64,000 bases of DNA, from positions 32,001 to 96,000 of IMG/VR virus record IMGVR_UViG_3300024999_000049. One strand, given 5' to 3'. The notes under the pieces are model-generated. The model had not been told where the DNA came from. It saw only the letters and a list, made by a program, of their open reading frames with translations, and ran no database searches. Each line of letters starts with the position of its first letter. Within the stretch, counting starts at the first letter, position 1. Made by a program: the position numbers and the translations under genes. Origin of the DNA: a virus. Shown piece after piece: positions 1 through 9,664 of this stretch.

Positions 1-320
1 GACAAAAGATTTTATTATATCTCTGGTAATTTTATAACCACTGAACAATTTAAAACTGAACTTGAAAAGGAGTATGATATTGAATTTTTCCCAATTAGGC
101 TCTCATAAAAAGCTAGGGCTTATTTGTTCTGTCCTGATTATGTAGCCTATTTTGTTTTTCAGTTTTTCTATAAATGAATACGCATCTCTTTGTAAATCCT
201 GTTCATTAGTTGGCAGATAACCCTTATAGTGGGTTACTGTCCAATATAAAATTGAAGCAAGTAGCCTTATAACTAAAATTTGAAATTTCATATTTTATAT
301 CCCTTCGCATTCTTTTTATA

Positions 321-551
321 TTATACAACCGCCGATTCTAAAGACCCTATAGCCTCATCAAATGAATTAATAGCTTCTTCCATATCTGAAATCGCTTGCT
401 CAGATACACAGCCTCTATCTCCATTCTGGAACGACTCAGGCATATTATCATAGCAGTCTTGCTCTTCATCCCTTAAATTTTCAAGTACCGACTTTAAATT
501 TTCAATCTGATCTTTAATAAATACTATTGACTTTCTTCTCTTTGTGTTCAA
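321..551 (-). CDS. Small conserved phage hypothetical protein (MNxKRRK...DEEQD.YDNMPE type)
   Basis: ORF with GGAGG RBS; resembles a common phage coiled-coil family. Confidence 0.7.
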   Translation of the reverse strand: MNTKRRKSIVFIKDQIENLKSVLENLRDEEQDCYDNMPESFQNGDRGCVSEQAISDMEEAINSFDEAIGSLESAVV

Positions 552-946
552 ACAATATCCTCCAATTTTTAATAAAAGTGTTATTTTATTGTATTATACA
601 AACATTACAAGCACAGTCTAAACACTCTTTGCAGCATCCAGAAGCCTCACAATCATCTGCATCTATTTGCATAGTCTTAGTAAACTTTTTAACTATGTAG
701 TTATTTTCTTGGAGAAGCTTAATTGCAGCCATCAATTCTTTATCCATTCTTCTTATCATTCCTTTCGCAATATTTTTGTCCTATTATGTACAGAGTTTTT
801 CTCCACTCAAATTCATCTTTACATCCGGTAGAACAAACGTCTCCGCCACAATATGTAAAATCAGTCATAAATTCTTTACCACAAATACAACAAATCATTG
901 GTTGCTTTGTAAACATATTTTATTCCTTTCTTATAAAACTAAGATT

Positions 947-1981
947 TTATTCGTTCAGCTCATTAAGATTAATTGCATATTGCTTGAAACTTATTTGTAA
1001 TTTTTCACAAATAGAAAGAAATACACTAAATGGTATTTTCGATTTTTTTCTTATTATTCCGTCGATGTATCCTTTAGTCTTTTCTATTTTAATTGATATT
1101 TCTGCTAAATAATTAAACTTATATTCTTGCAATTTCCCATAAAACTTATCATAATCAATAACATAATATGGAATATTGAAAATTTTACAATAATTCAATT
1201 TAATATCTTCAATGCCATTAACTACACCATGCACACCTTTCTTAACATAACATCCATATTTCTCTAGTAGACTTTTTGTAATGTCATTAATAAGAATATT
1301 TTCATTTTTCAATATTGTATCTATATTATTATAAAACTGATCATAGGTTTTATTTGTCTTTACGATATCTTCTTTTTTAAATATCCCTGGAAAAACATAG
1401 TCTATATAATTAAAAAATCCTTTAAAAAATCTCTCTCCGTATTCTAGCCCATGTTTACTTAAAAACAAACTAGTTACATATTCAGGAATTTTTTCTTGAG
1501 ATATATTTTCCTCATTCAATACATCTAATAATTTATTCCGATAGTATTCTTTTTTATCAGTTTTTTCATGATACTCTTTTAGATTTGTTCCGCTTTTATT
1601 TTTCGTCAAATATGCTTCAAGATCAAAAGTGTTTTTGCCATATATTTCATTTAAAGCGTTTGATAAACTCCCAAAATAAGTAATAATTCCATTAATCTTG
1701 TATGTTTCGAAAAAACCTCTTTTATAAAAATCATAAATTTCATCAAAGTTCTCTACTTGCTTGATCTCAAAAAATACATAAGTTAAAATTATATAAGCAT
1801 TAATTAAACCGTCTTCTCCATGAAAAAAGAAATGTGGATATCTTTGTATAGTACCATCTAACTTATTTTTATATATAAGTAATATCTCATCCCTATAGGT
1901 TTCGAAACTTGTTACAGAATCAAATTTAGTTCCTGCATATTTTGCATATAAAGATTCATAAATTAAGTCTTTAAACACCAT
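947..1981 (-). CDS. Hypothetical protein, possible C-terminal HTH
   Basis: 344-aa ORF with AGGAG RBS; C-terminus (LAEISIKIEKTKGYIDGIIRKK...CEKLQI) is XRE-HTH-like. Confidence 0.6.
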   Translation of the reverse strand: MVFKDLIYESLYAKYAGTKFDSVTSFETYRDEILLIYKNKLDGTIQRYPHFFFHGEDGLINAYIILTYVFFEIKQVENFDEIYDFYKRGFFETYKINGIITYFGSLSNALNEIYGKNTFDLEAYLTKNKSGTNLKEYHEKTDKKEYYRNKLLDVLNEENISQEKIPEYVTSLFLSKHGLEYGERFFKGFFNYIDYVFPGIFKKEDIVKTNKTYDQFYNNIDTILKNENILINDITKSLLEKYGCYVKKGVHGVVNGIEDIKLNYCKIFNIPYYVIDYDKFYGKLQEYKFNYLAEISIKIEKTKGYIDGIIRKKSKIPFSVFLSICEKLQISFKQYAINLNELNE

Positions 1982-2482
1982 ATAATTTCTCCTTAAATAT
2001 TAAAATTATAATAAATTATAACATATCCTAATCACCTATTCTTTTATTTTTTATATGGAATTATTAACCTTTTCTAAAAATTAATATTATAAATGAAGTA
2101 TTTTATTAACTTTTTACATTTTGACACACAAATTCATCGCATCCATCAAATGCATTTTTATTGCTATTATCTAATTCACAAACACCTTCACCTTTATATA
2201 TTTGCTCTCCATCAAAATTTGTTTCTATTCTACCATAAAAGTGCTTACAGTTATCACATATTGCATAACAACCTTCTCCACATTTTTTCATTAAGTTACC
2301 TCATAAACCAAATATTTTATTGAAAAAGTTCTTCAAATTCATTGGCACCAGAATTTCGCTCTTCCAGTTCCACGATTCCCAACATACAATTATCACAAAT
2401 ATCAAATCTATCTTCCGGTAAATCCTCACCGCAAATAAAACATTTCATTTTAAAGAACCCCTTTCCGAATAAAAGTTATCTT

Positions 2483-3178
2483 TTATCTTATTTCTAAAAC
2501 ATCATTAAAAAGACATTTAAATTTTTCATTTACTACTACATCATCATGATAGTGACCACAATACCATTTTTTGAATTCAAAATTATTATATATCTCGTCA
2601 AAAAACTCATTAAGCTCATTCGTTTCAATATTCCCAAACCGAGATATTGCCCAACCTGGTATTACATCTTTTAAAAACATCTTTGGGCATTCATGAGTCA
2701 AGATATAATCAACCTTATTATTAAATCTTTTAAGGTTTAATGTTGCTAAGTGATATTCAATACAACTTGGCATCTCTTCGGGCCACCATGATACCCCTTC
2801 AGTTCTATATTGCTTATCAACTGAGAATCCTCCACCCATAGTAAAAAACGTGCTGCCATTAATATTATAAACCTGACCTCTCATAAGGTGAATAATTTGA
2901 TTATTAATCCTATGGACACATCCTCCATTCCAATCTTCAATCGGAAGCTTATTAAGGGCTGCAAAGTTGTCATGATTTCCATCTATAAACAAAACAGTAC
3001 AAGGTATGTTTTTTGCATACCATTTTTGTATTTCAAGATCTTTTTCATTACCATGCCATATTATAGCTGCATCTCCAAGAATAATAAGATAATCGTCACA
3101 TGTAAAAGATTCATTTTTCAACCATCGAAGCTTTTTAATATCATGACTTCCATGAGTATCGCCGGTTATAAATATCAT
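2483..3178 (-). CDS. Calcineurin-like metallophosphoesterase
   Basis: Motifs GDTHG, GD, GNHD, THE, GHYH. Confidence 0.9.
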   Translation of the reverse strand: MIFITGDTHGSHDIKKLRWLKNESFTCDDYLIILGDAAIIWHGNEKDLEIQKWYAKNIPCTVLFIDGNHDNFAALNKLPIEDWNGGCVHRINNQIIHLMRGQVYNINGSTFFTMGGGFSVDKQYRTEGVSWWPEEMPSCIEYHLATLNLKRFNNKVDYILTHECPKMFLKDVIPGWAISRFGNIETNELNEFFDEIYNNFEFKKWYCGHYHDDVVVNEKFKCLFNDVLEIR

Positions 3179-3197
3179 TTTACCTCCTTAATGTTAA

Positions 3198-3315
3198 TTA
3201 GGTGAGTGGGGAGTCTAACCCCACAGGGATGTTACTATGGCTCTGTTTCCAGCCTAACCATTACTTCACATCGGATTATTGTCTTCACCGCACTACGCCA
3301 TGTGCTATCACCTAA
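3198..3315 (-). ncRNA. tRNA-like structured RNA without a canonical anticodon arm
   Basis: Minus strand: closing stem TTAGGTGA/TCACCTAA, D-like arm GCAC-ATGGCGTA-GTGC, T-like arm GTGGGG-TTAGACT-CCCCAC, central domain with GATGT/ACATC and CTG-GAAA-CAG. Confidence 0.55.
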
Positions 3316-3333
3316 ATATATAAAATTTATGTT

Positions 3334-3594
3334 TTATTCTCTTAATGAGAATCCTATTTTATCTCGTAAAAATACTCCCAGACGATACGGTAATTTAATA
3401 ACTTCCCAAATTAATAAGAATAATATCTCCAAAATTAACGCAGCCATAGCTAATATACCAAATATTAAAAATACTCTGTCTATTGCAATTAAACTGTCAT
3501 TTTTCACATTATGAAATAAACCGTACCCTACTCCACAACAAACTATGTGAATTATTAACCATACCCACCAAGGCACATCTTGTAAAAATTCCAT
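3334..3594 (-). CDS. Small membrane protein
   Basis: Two hydrophobic segments; stop codon lies inside the site at 3320. Confidence 0.7.
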   Translation of the reverse strand: MEFLQDVPWWVWLIIHIVCCGVGYGLFHNVKNDSLIAIDRVFLIFGILAMAALILEILFLLIWEVIKLPYRLGVFLRDKIGFSLRE

Positions 3595-3624
3595 ATAATT
3601 TTCCTTCCTTATAAAATCATGTTT

Positions 3625-3930
3625 TTATTTCAGATTCCATAATTCTGAATAAAATTTCACATTACCTTTCATAAATTTTAACTTATCTTCTTTCCTATAA
3701 TTAATCTCATTATAATCTATAGAATTTTTCTTTAATATATTTTGTATTGTTATTGCGTCATTACCATTAATAATTGTTCCGTCTAAAAATTGCACATATG
3801 CAATATTTGGATTGCCATGCCCACAACAGGCATTTGTTATTCCAATTAATTCTCCCAAACAACCGTCATGTCCTTCATATGTTTTATAGTTTCCACAATG
3901 TTTACAAGGTATTTTTTCTAATGTTTCCAT
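3625..3930 (-). CDS. Conserved phage Cys/His-rich protein
   Basis: CxxC and GHDGCLG...NACCGHG motifs. Confidence 0.7.
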   Translation of the reverse strand: METLEKIPCKHCGNYKTYEGHDGCLGELIGITNACCGHGNPNIAYVQFLDGTIINGNDAITIQNILKKNSIDYNEINYRKEDKLKFMKGNVKFYSELWNLK

Positions 3931-3955
3931 AAAATTTCTCCATAAGTTCTACATT

Positions 3956-4159
3956 TTATAAATTTAAAGCCAATATAAGTATCACATCAACAACCAAAGA
4001 CATAAAGAATATGACCGAGCTAACACTTGCTACATTCATATATACTCTGTAATTTGATACAAACGTCACTGGATCACTCTTTGATAAATTTTGCATCATT
4101 TTTCTTATCGCATAAGATATAATTAAAATCACTGACACAATAATAATTGCTAATTTCAT
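3956..4159 (-). CDS. Small membrane protein (start corrected to MKLAII)
   Basis: RBS GAAAGGA upstream; a promoter at 4254-4282 lies inside the longer ORF-track call. Confidence 0.6.
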   Translation of the reverse strand: MKLAIIIVSVILIISYAIRKMMQNLSKSDPVTFVSNYRVYMNVASVSSVIFFMSLVVDVILILALNL

Positions 4160-4253
4160 ATTAATTTTCCTTTCTGGATAAAACATCGATTTTATTTTGA
4201 AAAAAAGAGAAGTAGAACAACATTTCTGCTGCTCTACATATCTATATATATAT

Positions 4254-4282
4254 ATTATACTACTTATATTTTTATTTGTCAA
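4254..4282 (-). promoter_or_regulatory. Sigma-A promoter
   Basis: TTGACA-17-TATAAT on minus strand. Confidence 0.8.
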
Positions 4283-4325
4283 GTTCCTATTAAATATTTC
4301 TTTTGTATGTACCGGACGCTCCGGT

Positions 4326-4682
4326 TCATGAAATTTCACATTCCTCACAAAAATCTAATTCATTATAGATATCTTCTAAAATCTTATTTTGTTTTAAGCT
4401 ATTTATAGCATTCTGTTTAATTTTTTCAAACAGTAAGTTTTTAAACTCTTCCTTAGTTAAATTATTTCTTATCATATATATCTCAGCACCTTCTTCAAGA
4501 GTATATGCTGGACATATGTTAATTGCCCGTTTTTCTTTGTTGCTGCATATTATTACTGCCGCATCATTTTCTTCATCAAGTTGTAAATTTAAAAATATAC
4601 ACCTATCTCCGTTTGCCAACTCTCCTTCAACCATTAAATAACTTTCAATTGCAGTATGGTCATTCTCTGAACAAATATACAT
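4326..4682 (-). CDS. Hypothetical protein downstream of SOS-box promoter
   Basis: GGAGG RBS before ATG (MYICSEN...). Confidence 0.7.
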   Translation of the reverse strand: MYICSENDHTAIESYLMVEGELANGDRCIFLNLQLDEENDAAVIICSNKEKRAINICPAYTLEEGAEIYMIRNNLTKEEFKNLLFEKIKQNAINSLKQNKILEDIYNELDFCEECEIS

Positions 4683-4717
4683 ATAACAACCTCCCAAAAT
4701 CTTTTATTAAATTTTCT

Positions 4718-4766
4718 AGAACATATGTTCGTCTAATTATTATAGTATAACTACTTCATTAAGTCA
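4718..4766 (-). promoter_or_regulatory. Sigma-A promoter with LexA/DinR SOS box
   Basis: TTGACT-17-TATAAT followed by CGAACATATGTTCT (4718-4731), matching Firmicutes GAAC-N4-GTTC. Confidence 0.75.
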
Positions 4767-4874
4767 ATAGTATACTATTTATTTTTTTATTTGTCTATAG
4801 GACTAATACACCAAAACGGTGTATTAAAATTAGAATATTTTACTTATTTTATTTTTTTAAATAGGACTATCACA

Positions 4875-5813
4875 CTATTTTAAAGGCTCAGAATATTTAA
4901 TCTTTGCAACTTTTTTATACCAGAACATTTGATTTTCAGATGACATATCGAAAAGATTCTTAACAAATTCCATATCAAAATAATCACTATTTTCTTCAGA
5001 GAGTAAATATACAATTTTTGATCTTCTAATGTCTTCTATTGATAATGTGTATATATCTATTCCCTCACATGTAATGCCAAAATATGCGAAAGCTGCCTGA
5101 AGCACAACGCCTGGATTGCCAACATAATCTTCTCTCTTGCTTCTTCCAACGTTAACAGGCTTTATCAGATATTCGCTATCTCTATACTGCATTTTCTTGG
5201 ATCTACCATCTTTACTACGAATATAATGATATTGCTCATTAAGACACAATTTAATGTCTTCTATCAACTGTGGATCTTCAGATCTGAAGAATTTAGTATT
5301 GCTAATATTAATCACTACAGCATCTTGGCCTTGAAAATCAATATCAGATTCTTTAATTAGCTTCATTTCTTCATTGCTTAATCCAAGCCAAGCAAATTCA
5401 AATATCAATCTATCTCTTACATTCCATCCATCACCACTATTATCAGACAACATCTGATTTAAAATATGTCTGTAGTCCATGTAAGTTAAAGTAATTCTTT
5501 TGAGTTGCTCTACATCTAAATAATTGTACATTTCACCAAAATCAAGACTGATATCTTTATACTGAATATTCTCCTCATTTGATATAAAAGTACAGAACTT
5601 TCTAAATGTTGATAGTTTTACATTGAGAGATCCAATAGATGTTGAATTAAATTCTTTAATCCATTGAATTAAATTTTCTTTGTTCCAATAAACACAACTT
5701 TCATTAAAGCTTTTTTCATATTCTATGATTGAATTTACCGTAGACGCATCCTCTTTATTCTCTTTTGTATACTTATCCTTGTATATTTTGCCAAGCCAAT
5801 TCACACAATTCAC
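4875..5813 (-). CDS. MrpR/YopR-like phage lytic-cycle repressor (catalytically degenerate tyrosine-recombinase fold)
   Basis: SAM-like N-terminus (SIGSLNVKLSTFRKFC), RDRLIFEFAWLGL lacking the catalytic Arg, IEDIRRS in place of HxLRH. Confidence 0.65.
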   Translation of the reverse strand: MNCVNWLGKIYKDKYTKENKEDASTVNSIIEYEKSFNESCVYWNKENLIQWIKEFNSTSIGSLNVKLSTFRKFCTFISNEENIQYKDISLDFGEMYNYLDVEQLKRITLTYMDYRHILNQMLSDNSGDGWNVRDRLIFEFAWLGLSNEEMKLIKESDIDFQGQDAVVINISNTKFFRSEDPQLIEDIKLCLNEQYHYIRSKDGRSKKMQYRDSEYLIKPVNVGRSKREDYVGNPGVVLQAAFAYFGITCEGIDIYTLSIEDIRRSKIVYLLSEENSDYFDMEFVKNLFDMSSENQMFWYKKVAKIKYSEPLK

Positions 5814-5841
5814 CCTTTCATTTTTAACAATTTTTTACTTT

Positions 5842-6453
5842 TTATTTTATAACATAATAATTTTTGGGTATAATTACTGTATTCTTACCTTTTGTCACAA
5901 TTGCACTCTGATATTGTTCTTCACCAGATTCTAGATATTTAAGATATAAATCATTGATGTCGTCATCGGATGTAGATACTAAAGATTGTCTCTTAGTTAA
6001 ATAAATTATGTTCTCTAATTTTTTTCTCACTTCTTTTTCATTTGTAAGCTCAATTCTTAGTTTTTCAATTTCCTTTTCTTTGGTTTTTAAAAGACTATTT
6101 AAAGCCTGGGTTTCCTCAACAGATGCAACATATATTTGTTCCGCAGCCTCCCTGTCAAATTTAAAATCTTTTGTTTTTATTGCTATCTCGCTTTTATTGG
6201 GTTTTGTAACATCTTGAATATTATCACTTTTCTTGAATTCTACACCTTCAATATTTTTTAATATTTCTTCAACCTCGTTCTCTTTTAAAATATCAATGTC
6301 TCCATCAAGAATCTTACTTAATTGAGCAGACACTTTAACAGGGTCATTGAATTTTAAAAGAGAACTTTGCATTACCTTTTTTATTTTGTTCTTATCAATA
6401 TCGGACGAAATAAAATTTAGAATTATCTCTTTTTTATTCATAGCCACAATCAC
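5842..6453 (-). CDS. Hypothetical coiled-coil protein
   Basis: 203-aa ORF with AGGAG RBS and its own promoter. Confidence 0.7.
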   Translation of the reverse strand: MIVAMNKKEIILNFISSDIDKNKIKKVMQSSLLKFNDPVKVSAQLSKILDGDIDILKENEVEEILKNIEGVEFKKSDNIQDVTKPNKSEIAIKTKDFKFDREAAEQIYVASVEETQALNSLLKTKEKEIEKLRIELTNEKEVRKKLENIIYLTKRQSLVSTSDDDINDLYLKYLESGEEQYQSAIVTKGKNTVIIPKNYYVIK

Positions 6454-6474
6454 TCCTTTTTATCATTCCTTTCT

Positions 6475-6503
6475 AATATATCATATTGTATTTAATATGT
6501 CAA
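6475..6503 (-). promoter_or_regulatory. Sigma-A promoter (extended -10)
   Basis: TTGACA-17-TATATT with TG at -15/-14. Confidence 0.65.
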
Positions 6504-6534
6504 TTATACCCCTATTTAAAAACTATTAAACATT

Positions 6535-7413
6535 TTAAATCAAATTATTTATAGGATTATTATTAACCGCACTTTGCATTTGCTGATTAGACACATGTGT
6601 ATAGATCTGAGTAGTACTTATATTATTGTGACCCAACAGTTCTTGTATACGCCTCAAGTCTTCTCCTGATTGGTATAAAGCCGTAGCAAATGAATGTCTT
6701 AACACATGTACCCCAGTTGATAATCCTGCCTTTCTTTCAAATTTAGAAACTATATAGTTTATGGTTTCTGGTACTAAACGCTTCTTTTCTTCGCTTAAAA
6801 ACATAGCCTTGTCTTCTGAATTTGGTCTTATTTTCAAATAATCATCCAATAGTTGAACCGCAGCAGGAGACATACATACATGTCTTTCTTTGTCGCCCTT
6901 TCCTTTATTTATTCTTAAAATGTTTTTATCTATTATATCATCTATATCCAAGTCTACTAATTCAAATCTTCTCATGCCGGTTAATAACAATACTCCGACT
7001 ATAGCCCTATCTCTTTTTTGATTTCTACTTACTATGCTACCCAATAATTTCTTAATATCATCAATAGTAAAGTATTTGGGAACCCTCTGAGGTATCTTAG
7101 CCAACTCAATTCCACTAGTTGGATCTTCTTTTATAATCTCTGCTGTATTTATTAACCAACGAAAGAACGTTCTTAGCGCACTCATCTTATTTGATTGAGT
7201 AGATGCTCCATCCCCCTTCTCAGATAAATACATTAAATAATTATTAAGAATTTTTTTATCAACAGTATTTATGTTTTGTTCGCCAATGCTATGATTTACT
7301 AATATAAATTCTAAAAACAGCTCCACCTCTCTTTCATACTTTTTTACGGTTAAATCTGATTTGTCTTTACTTCGTAAATACCTGGTAAAATCATTAGTCA
7401 GCTTGCTTTGCAT
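6535..7413 (-). CDS. Tyrosine recombinase, XerC/D-like, catalytic residues intact
   Basis: TGMRRFEL (R), KGKGDKER (K), HVLRH, LGH, TTQIYTH (Y); N-terminal SAM-like core-binding domain. Confidence 0.95.
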   Translation of the reverse strand: MQSKLTNDFTRYLRSKDKSDLTVKKYEREVELFLEFILVNHSIGEQNINTVDKKILNNYLMYLSEKGDGASTQSNKMSALRTFFRWLINTAEIIKEDPTSGIELAKIPQRVPKYFTIDDIKKLLGSIVSRNQKRDRAIVGVLLLTGMRRFELVDLDIDDIIDKNILRINKGKGDKERHVCMSPAAVQLLDDYLKIRPNSEDKAMFLSEEKKRLVPETINYIVSKFERKAGLSTGVHVLRHSFATALYQSGEDLRRIQELLGHNNISTTQIYTHVSNQQMQSAVNNNPINNLI

Positions 7414-7545
7414 TTTGGATCAAACCTCCTATCAAAGTAAAAATTGTCTTAAAAATGATATATACCACATAAAAAATCCCTACTATTAATATTCCACACA
7501 GCATAAATGGATTAGACACATTTGGAACTCTCAATTGAAATCCTC

Positions 7546-7836
7546 CTATATAGCTTTTAATAATTGATCAATTTTAAAAACCTTGTTATACTTAGTGCTA
7601 TGTTTGTTATCATGCCCTTTAATATATTTAAAAATATCTTCTATGTTACTAAATGAACCTTGTTTATGTGTACCGGCCCCTCCGTAATTGTTAAAGTGTC
7701 CTAACTTAATTACAAAACCATCTAAATCTCCTTTATCTATAGCCCAGGAGTCTCTTTTACTCCTGAGTTTTATATAACTTCCTATTGTGTCCCACGTAAA
7801 TCCGTATTCCAAGCATAAATTATTTATTTCCTCCAT
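7546..7836 (-). CDS. Hypothetical protein
   Basis: GAGGTG RBS, plausible ORF. Confidence 0.65.
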   Translation of the reverse strand: MEEINNLCLEYGFTWDTIGSYIKLRSKRDSWAIDKGDLDGFVIKLGHFNNYGGAGTHKQGSFSNIEDIFKYIKGHDNKHSTKYNKVFKIDQLLKAI

Positions 7837-8030
7837 TGTTCACCTCTATAACTGATTTTGCCTCCATTAACATATTTGCAAATAAAACCTTGTTTTTATC
7901 TATGCTCTTTTCCTCAGATGTTTTAACAAATCTTTTAATTATACTTTTAAATATCCGCTTTAACATTTTAACCATCCTTTCTATACATTATACTACTCAG
8001 TATTTGATTTATAAAGTTTTTATAAAAATA

Positions 8031-8606
8031 TTATGCTGCTTCTCTTTTTATTTCTTCAACATGTTTTTTGATTATTCTTATACAGCTATCGATATTCTGA
8101 TTTGTGCAACCTAAAATTTCACTAATTTCCTTTCTACTTTTTCTTTGAAGCATAAGTTGAAATGCTACCTTACTTTTCTTTGGAAGAATCTTATTTAATT
8201 TGCTTATGATTTCTTTTCTTTCACTTGATTCTACATATGAATTTTCTATATCTATTTTGCTTCTTAAAGCGTCCAAAATGGTTATACCTGGTCCAATTTC
8301 TTTACTAGTAGAAATTATATTACTGCTTATTTGCTTCATTTTATTTTCAGCCTTAATTGAATAAGTGTATAAGCGATTCCTTATAAATCTAGTTGCAAGA
8401 GTTGAAAATTGACAACCTTTTGACTCATCAAAATATTTAATTGCATTGTAAAGAGCAATATATCCCTCCTGTATATAATCTTCAAAGTCATAGGTATAAT
8501 ATACTGATGGATAATGCTTTTTAATAACATTTAATATTAACCCTCTATTTTCTTCTATTAACTGCTCAATTCTATTTTTATCCATATTCAATATTCTCCC
8601 TTTCAT
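8031..8606 (-). CDS. Sigma-70 family RNA polymerase sigma factor
   Basis: Region 2 (EDYIQEGYIALYNAIKYFDESKGCQFSTLA) and region 4 HTH (SRKEISEILGCTNQNID); true start probably MDKNRI. Confidence 0.9.
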   Translation of the reverse strand: MKGRILNMDKNRIEQLIEENRGLILNVIKKHYPSVYYTYDFEDYIQEGYIALYNAIKYFDESKGCQFSTLATRFIRNRLYTYSIKAENKMKQISSNIISTSKEIGPGITILDALRSKIDIENSYVESSERKEIISKLNKILPKKSKVAFQLMLQRKSRKEISEILGCTNQNIDSCIRIIKKHVEEIKREAA

Positions 8607-8984
8607 TTAATTTGCAATATTAAGATCTGTTCTTACTCTGGGTGTAAATTTTAAATTTTCGATATTACTTTCAGATTGCTTAATCCGCTGACTACATTGA
8701 ATTAATCCATTTTTAAACTGAGGATTTTTGAGTAAAAAATCAACAAGTATGTCTAATGTTCTATTTTCATTTTTATATTGTCTACGTTCTTGTAGCACTG
8801 TCTGTAATTCTTTAGCAAGCCTATATCCTCCATAGGCATTAAATTTTGTAAGTTCAATTTCATGATACAAATCAGTAACTTCTTTATCTCTTTCTGCCAT
8901 CAATGTTTTATTTTCTTCAAAGGTACTCATAGCATCATCAATTAGTGACAGGATAGAGTTTATAGTGTCTTTAGCTTTGCTCAT
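8607..8984 (-). CDS. Conserved phage coiled-coil protein
   Basis: DLYHEIE...GYRLAKEL...RRQYKNE family motif. Confidence 0.7.
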   Translation of the reverse strand: MSKAKDTINSILSLIDDAMSTFEENKTLMAERDKEVTDLYHEIELTKFNAYGGYRLAKELQTVLQERRQYKNENRTLDILVDFLLKNPQFKNGLIQCSQRIKQSESNIENLKFTPRVRTDLNIAN

Positions 8985-9186
8985 ATTTACCTCACAATAA
9001 AATTAGGCTTTTATCTAGTTTAATTTCTTACTGCAATAAGGACAAAATTTCCATTCATTACCTACTTCAATTTCATTTTTGCATTCGGAACAATAGTACC
9101 TATAATCAAAGTACCCATCTCCGTTTTCATCTAATATTAACTCCATACTTTTGCTTCTAATAACCATATAAAATACCTCTTTTAAT

Positions 9187-9333
9187 CTAAAAACTCCGAG
9201 CTATTTTCTTTCCTTCAGCTCGGAGCTTCTTCTTATTTTTCTTTTCATTATCTTGTATTCTAGTTATAGGATTCATGGTCCATGATAATCTAATCGACTT
9301 TAAAGTATCATAAAATGTTTTTGGCTTCGACAT
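9187..9333 (-). CDS. 48-aa basic protein absent from the ORF track, possibly ArfA/BrfA-like
   Basis: MSKPKTFYDTLKSIRLSWTMNPITRIQDNEKKNKKKLRAEGKKIARSF; GAAAGGA RBS; terminator-like hairpin inside the 3' coding end. Confidence 0.55.
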   Translation of the reverse strand: MSKPKTFYDTLKSIRLSWTMNPITRIQDNEKKNKKKLRAEGKKIARSF

Positions 9334-9664
9334 CGGACTCATTCCTTTCTGATAAAAATTTGGTTTTATTCACTTTATTTACGATTTATTAATCTTTAAT
9401 ATCCGCATCTATAAAAAAGCCCGCTGTATATTTTATAGGTTTAAAACCATAATTTTTTATTAAGTAATTTTTAATTGAAGTACCCGAATAAGCTTTTATT
9501 TCATGAAAATCAAACACTTCGGCCTTCCTACACAATTCAGCAAATTCTATATCGGAATATTTATCATTGCTTTTTAATACAGTATTTTCTTCGTATCCAT
9601 ATATGGAATACAAATACATTTAATCCCCTCCTTTGTTACCATATTAACTAATAAAATAATACTT

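Noticed and set aside
3198-3315. Canonical tRNA gene
   Set aside because: No 5-bp stem with 7-nt anticodon loop, T-loop is TTAGACT rather than TTCRA, and the length is ~115 nt; reported as tRNA-like instead
4805-4826. AATACACC-AAAAC-GGTGTATT hairpin
   Set aside because: Likely an ordinary terminator after the repressor gene; not of special interest
4875-8606. Arbitrium (aimR/aimP) system expected in some SPbeta-like phages
   Set aside because: No TPR-type receptor or signal-peptide ORF recognised in this window
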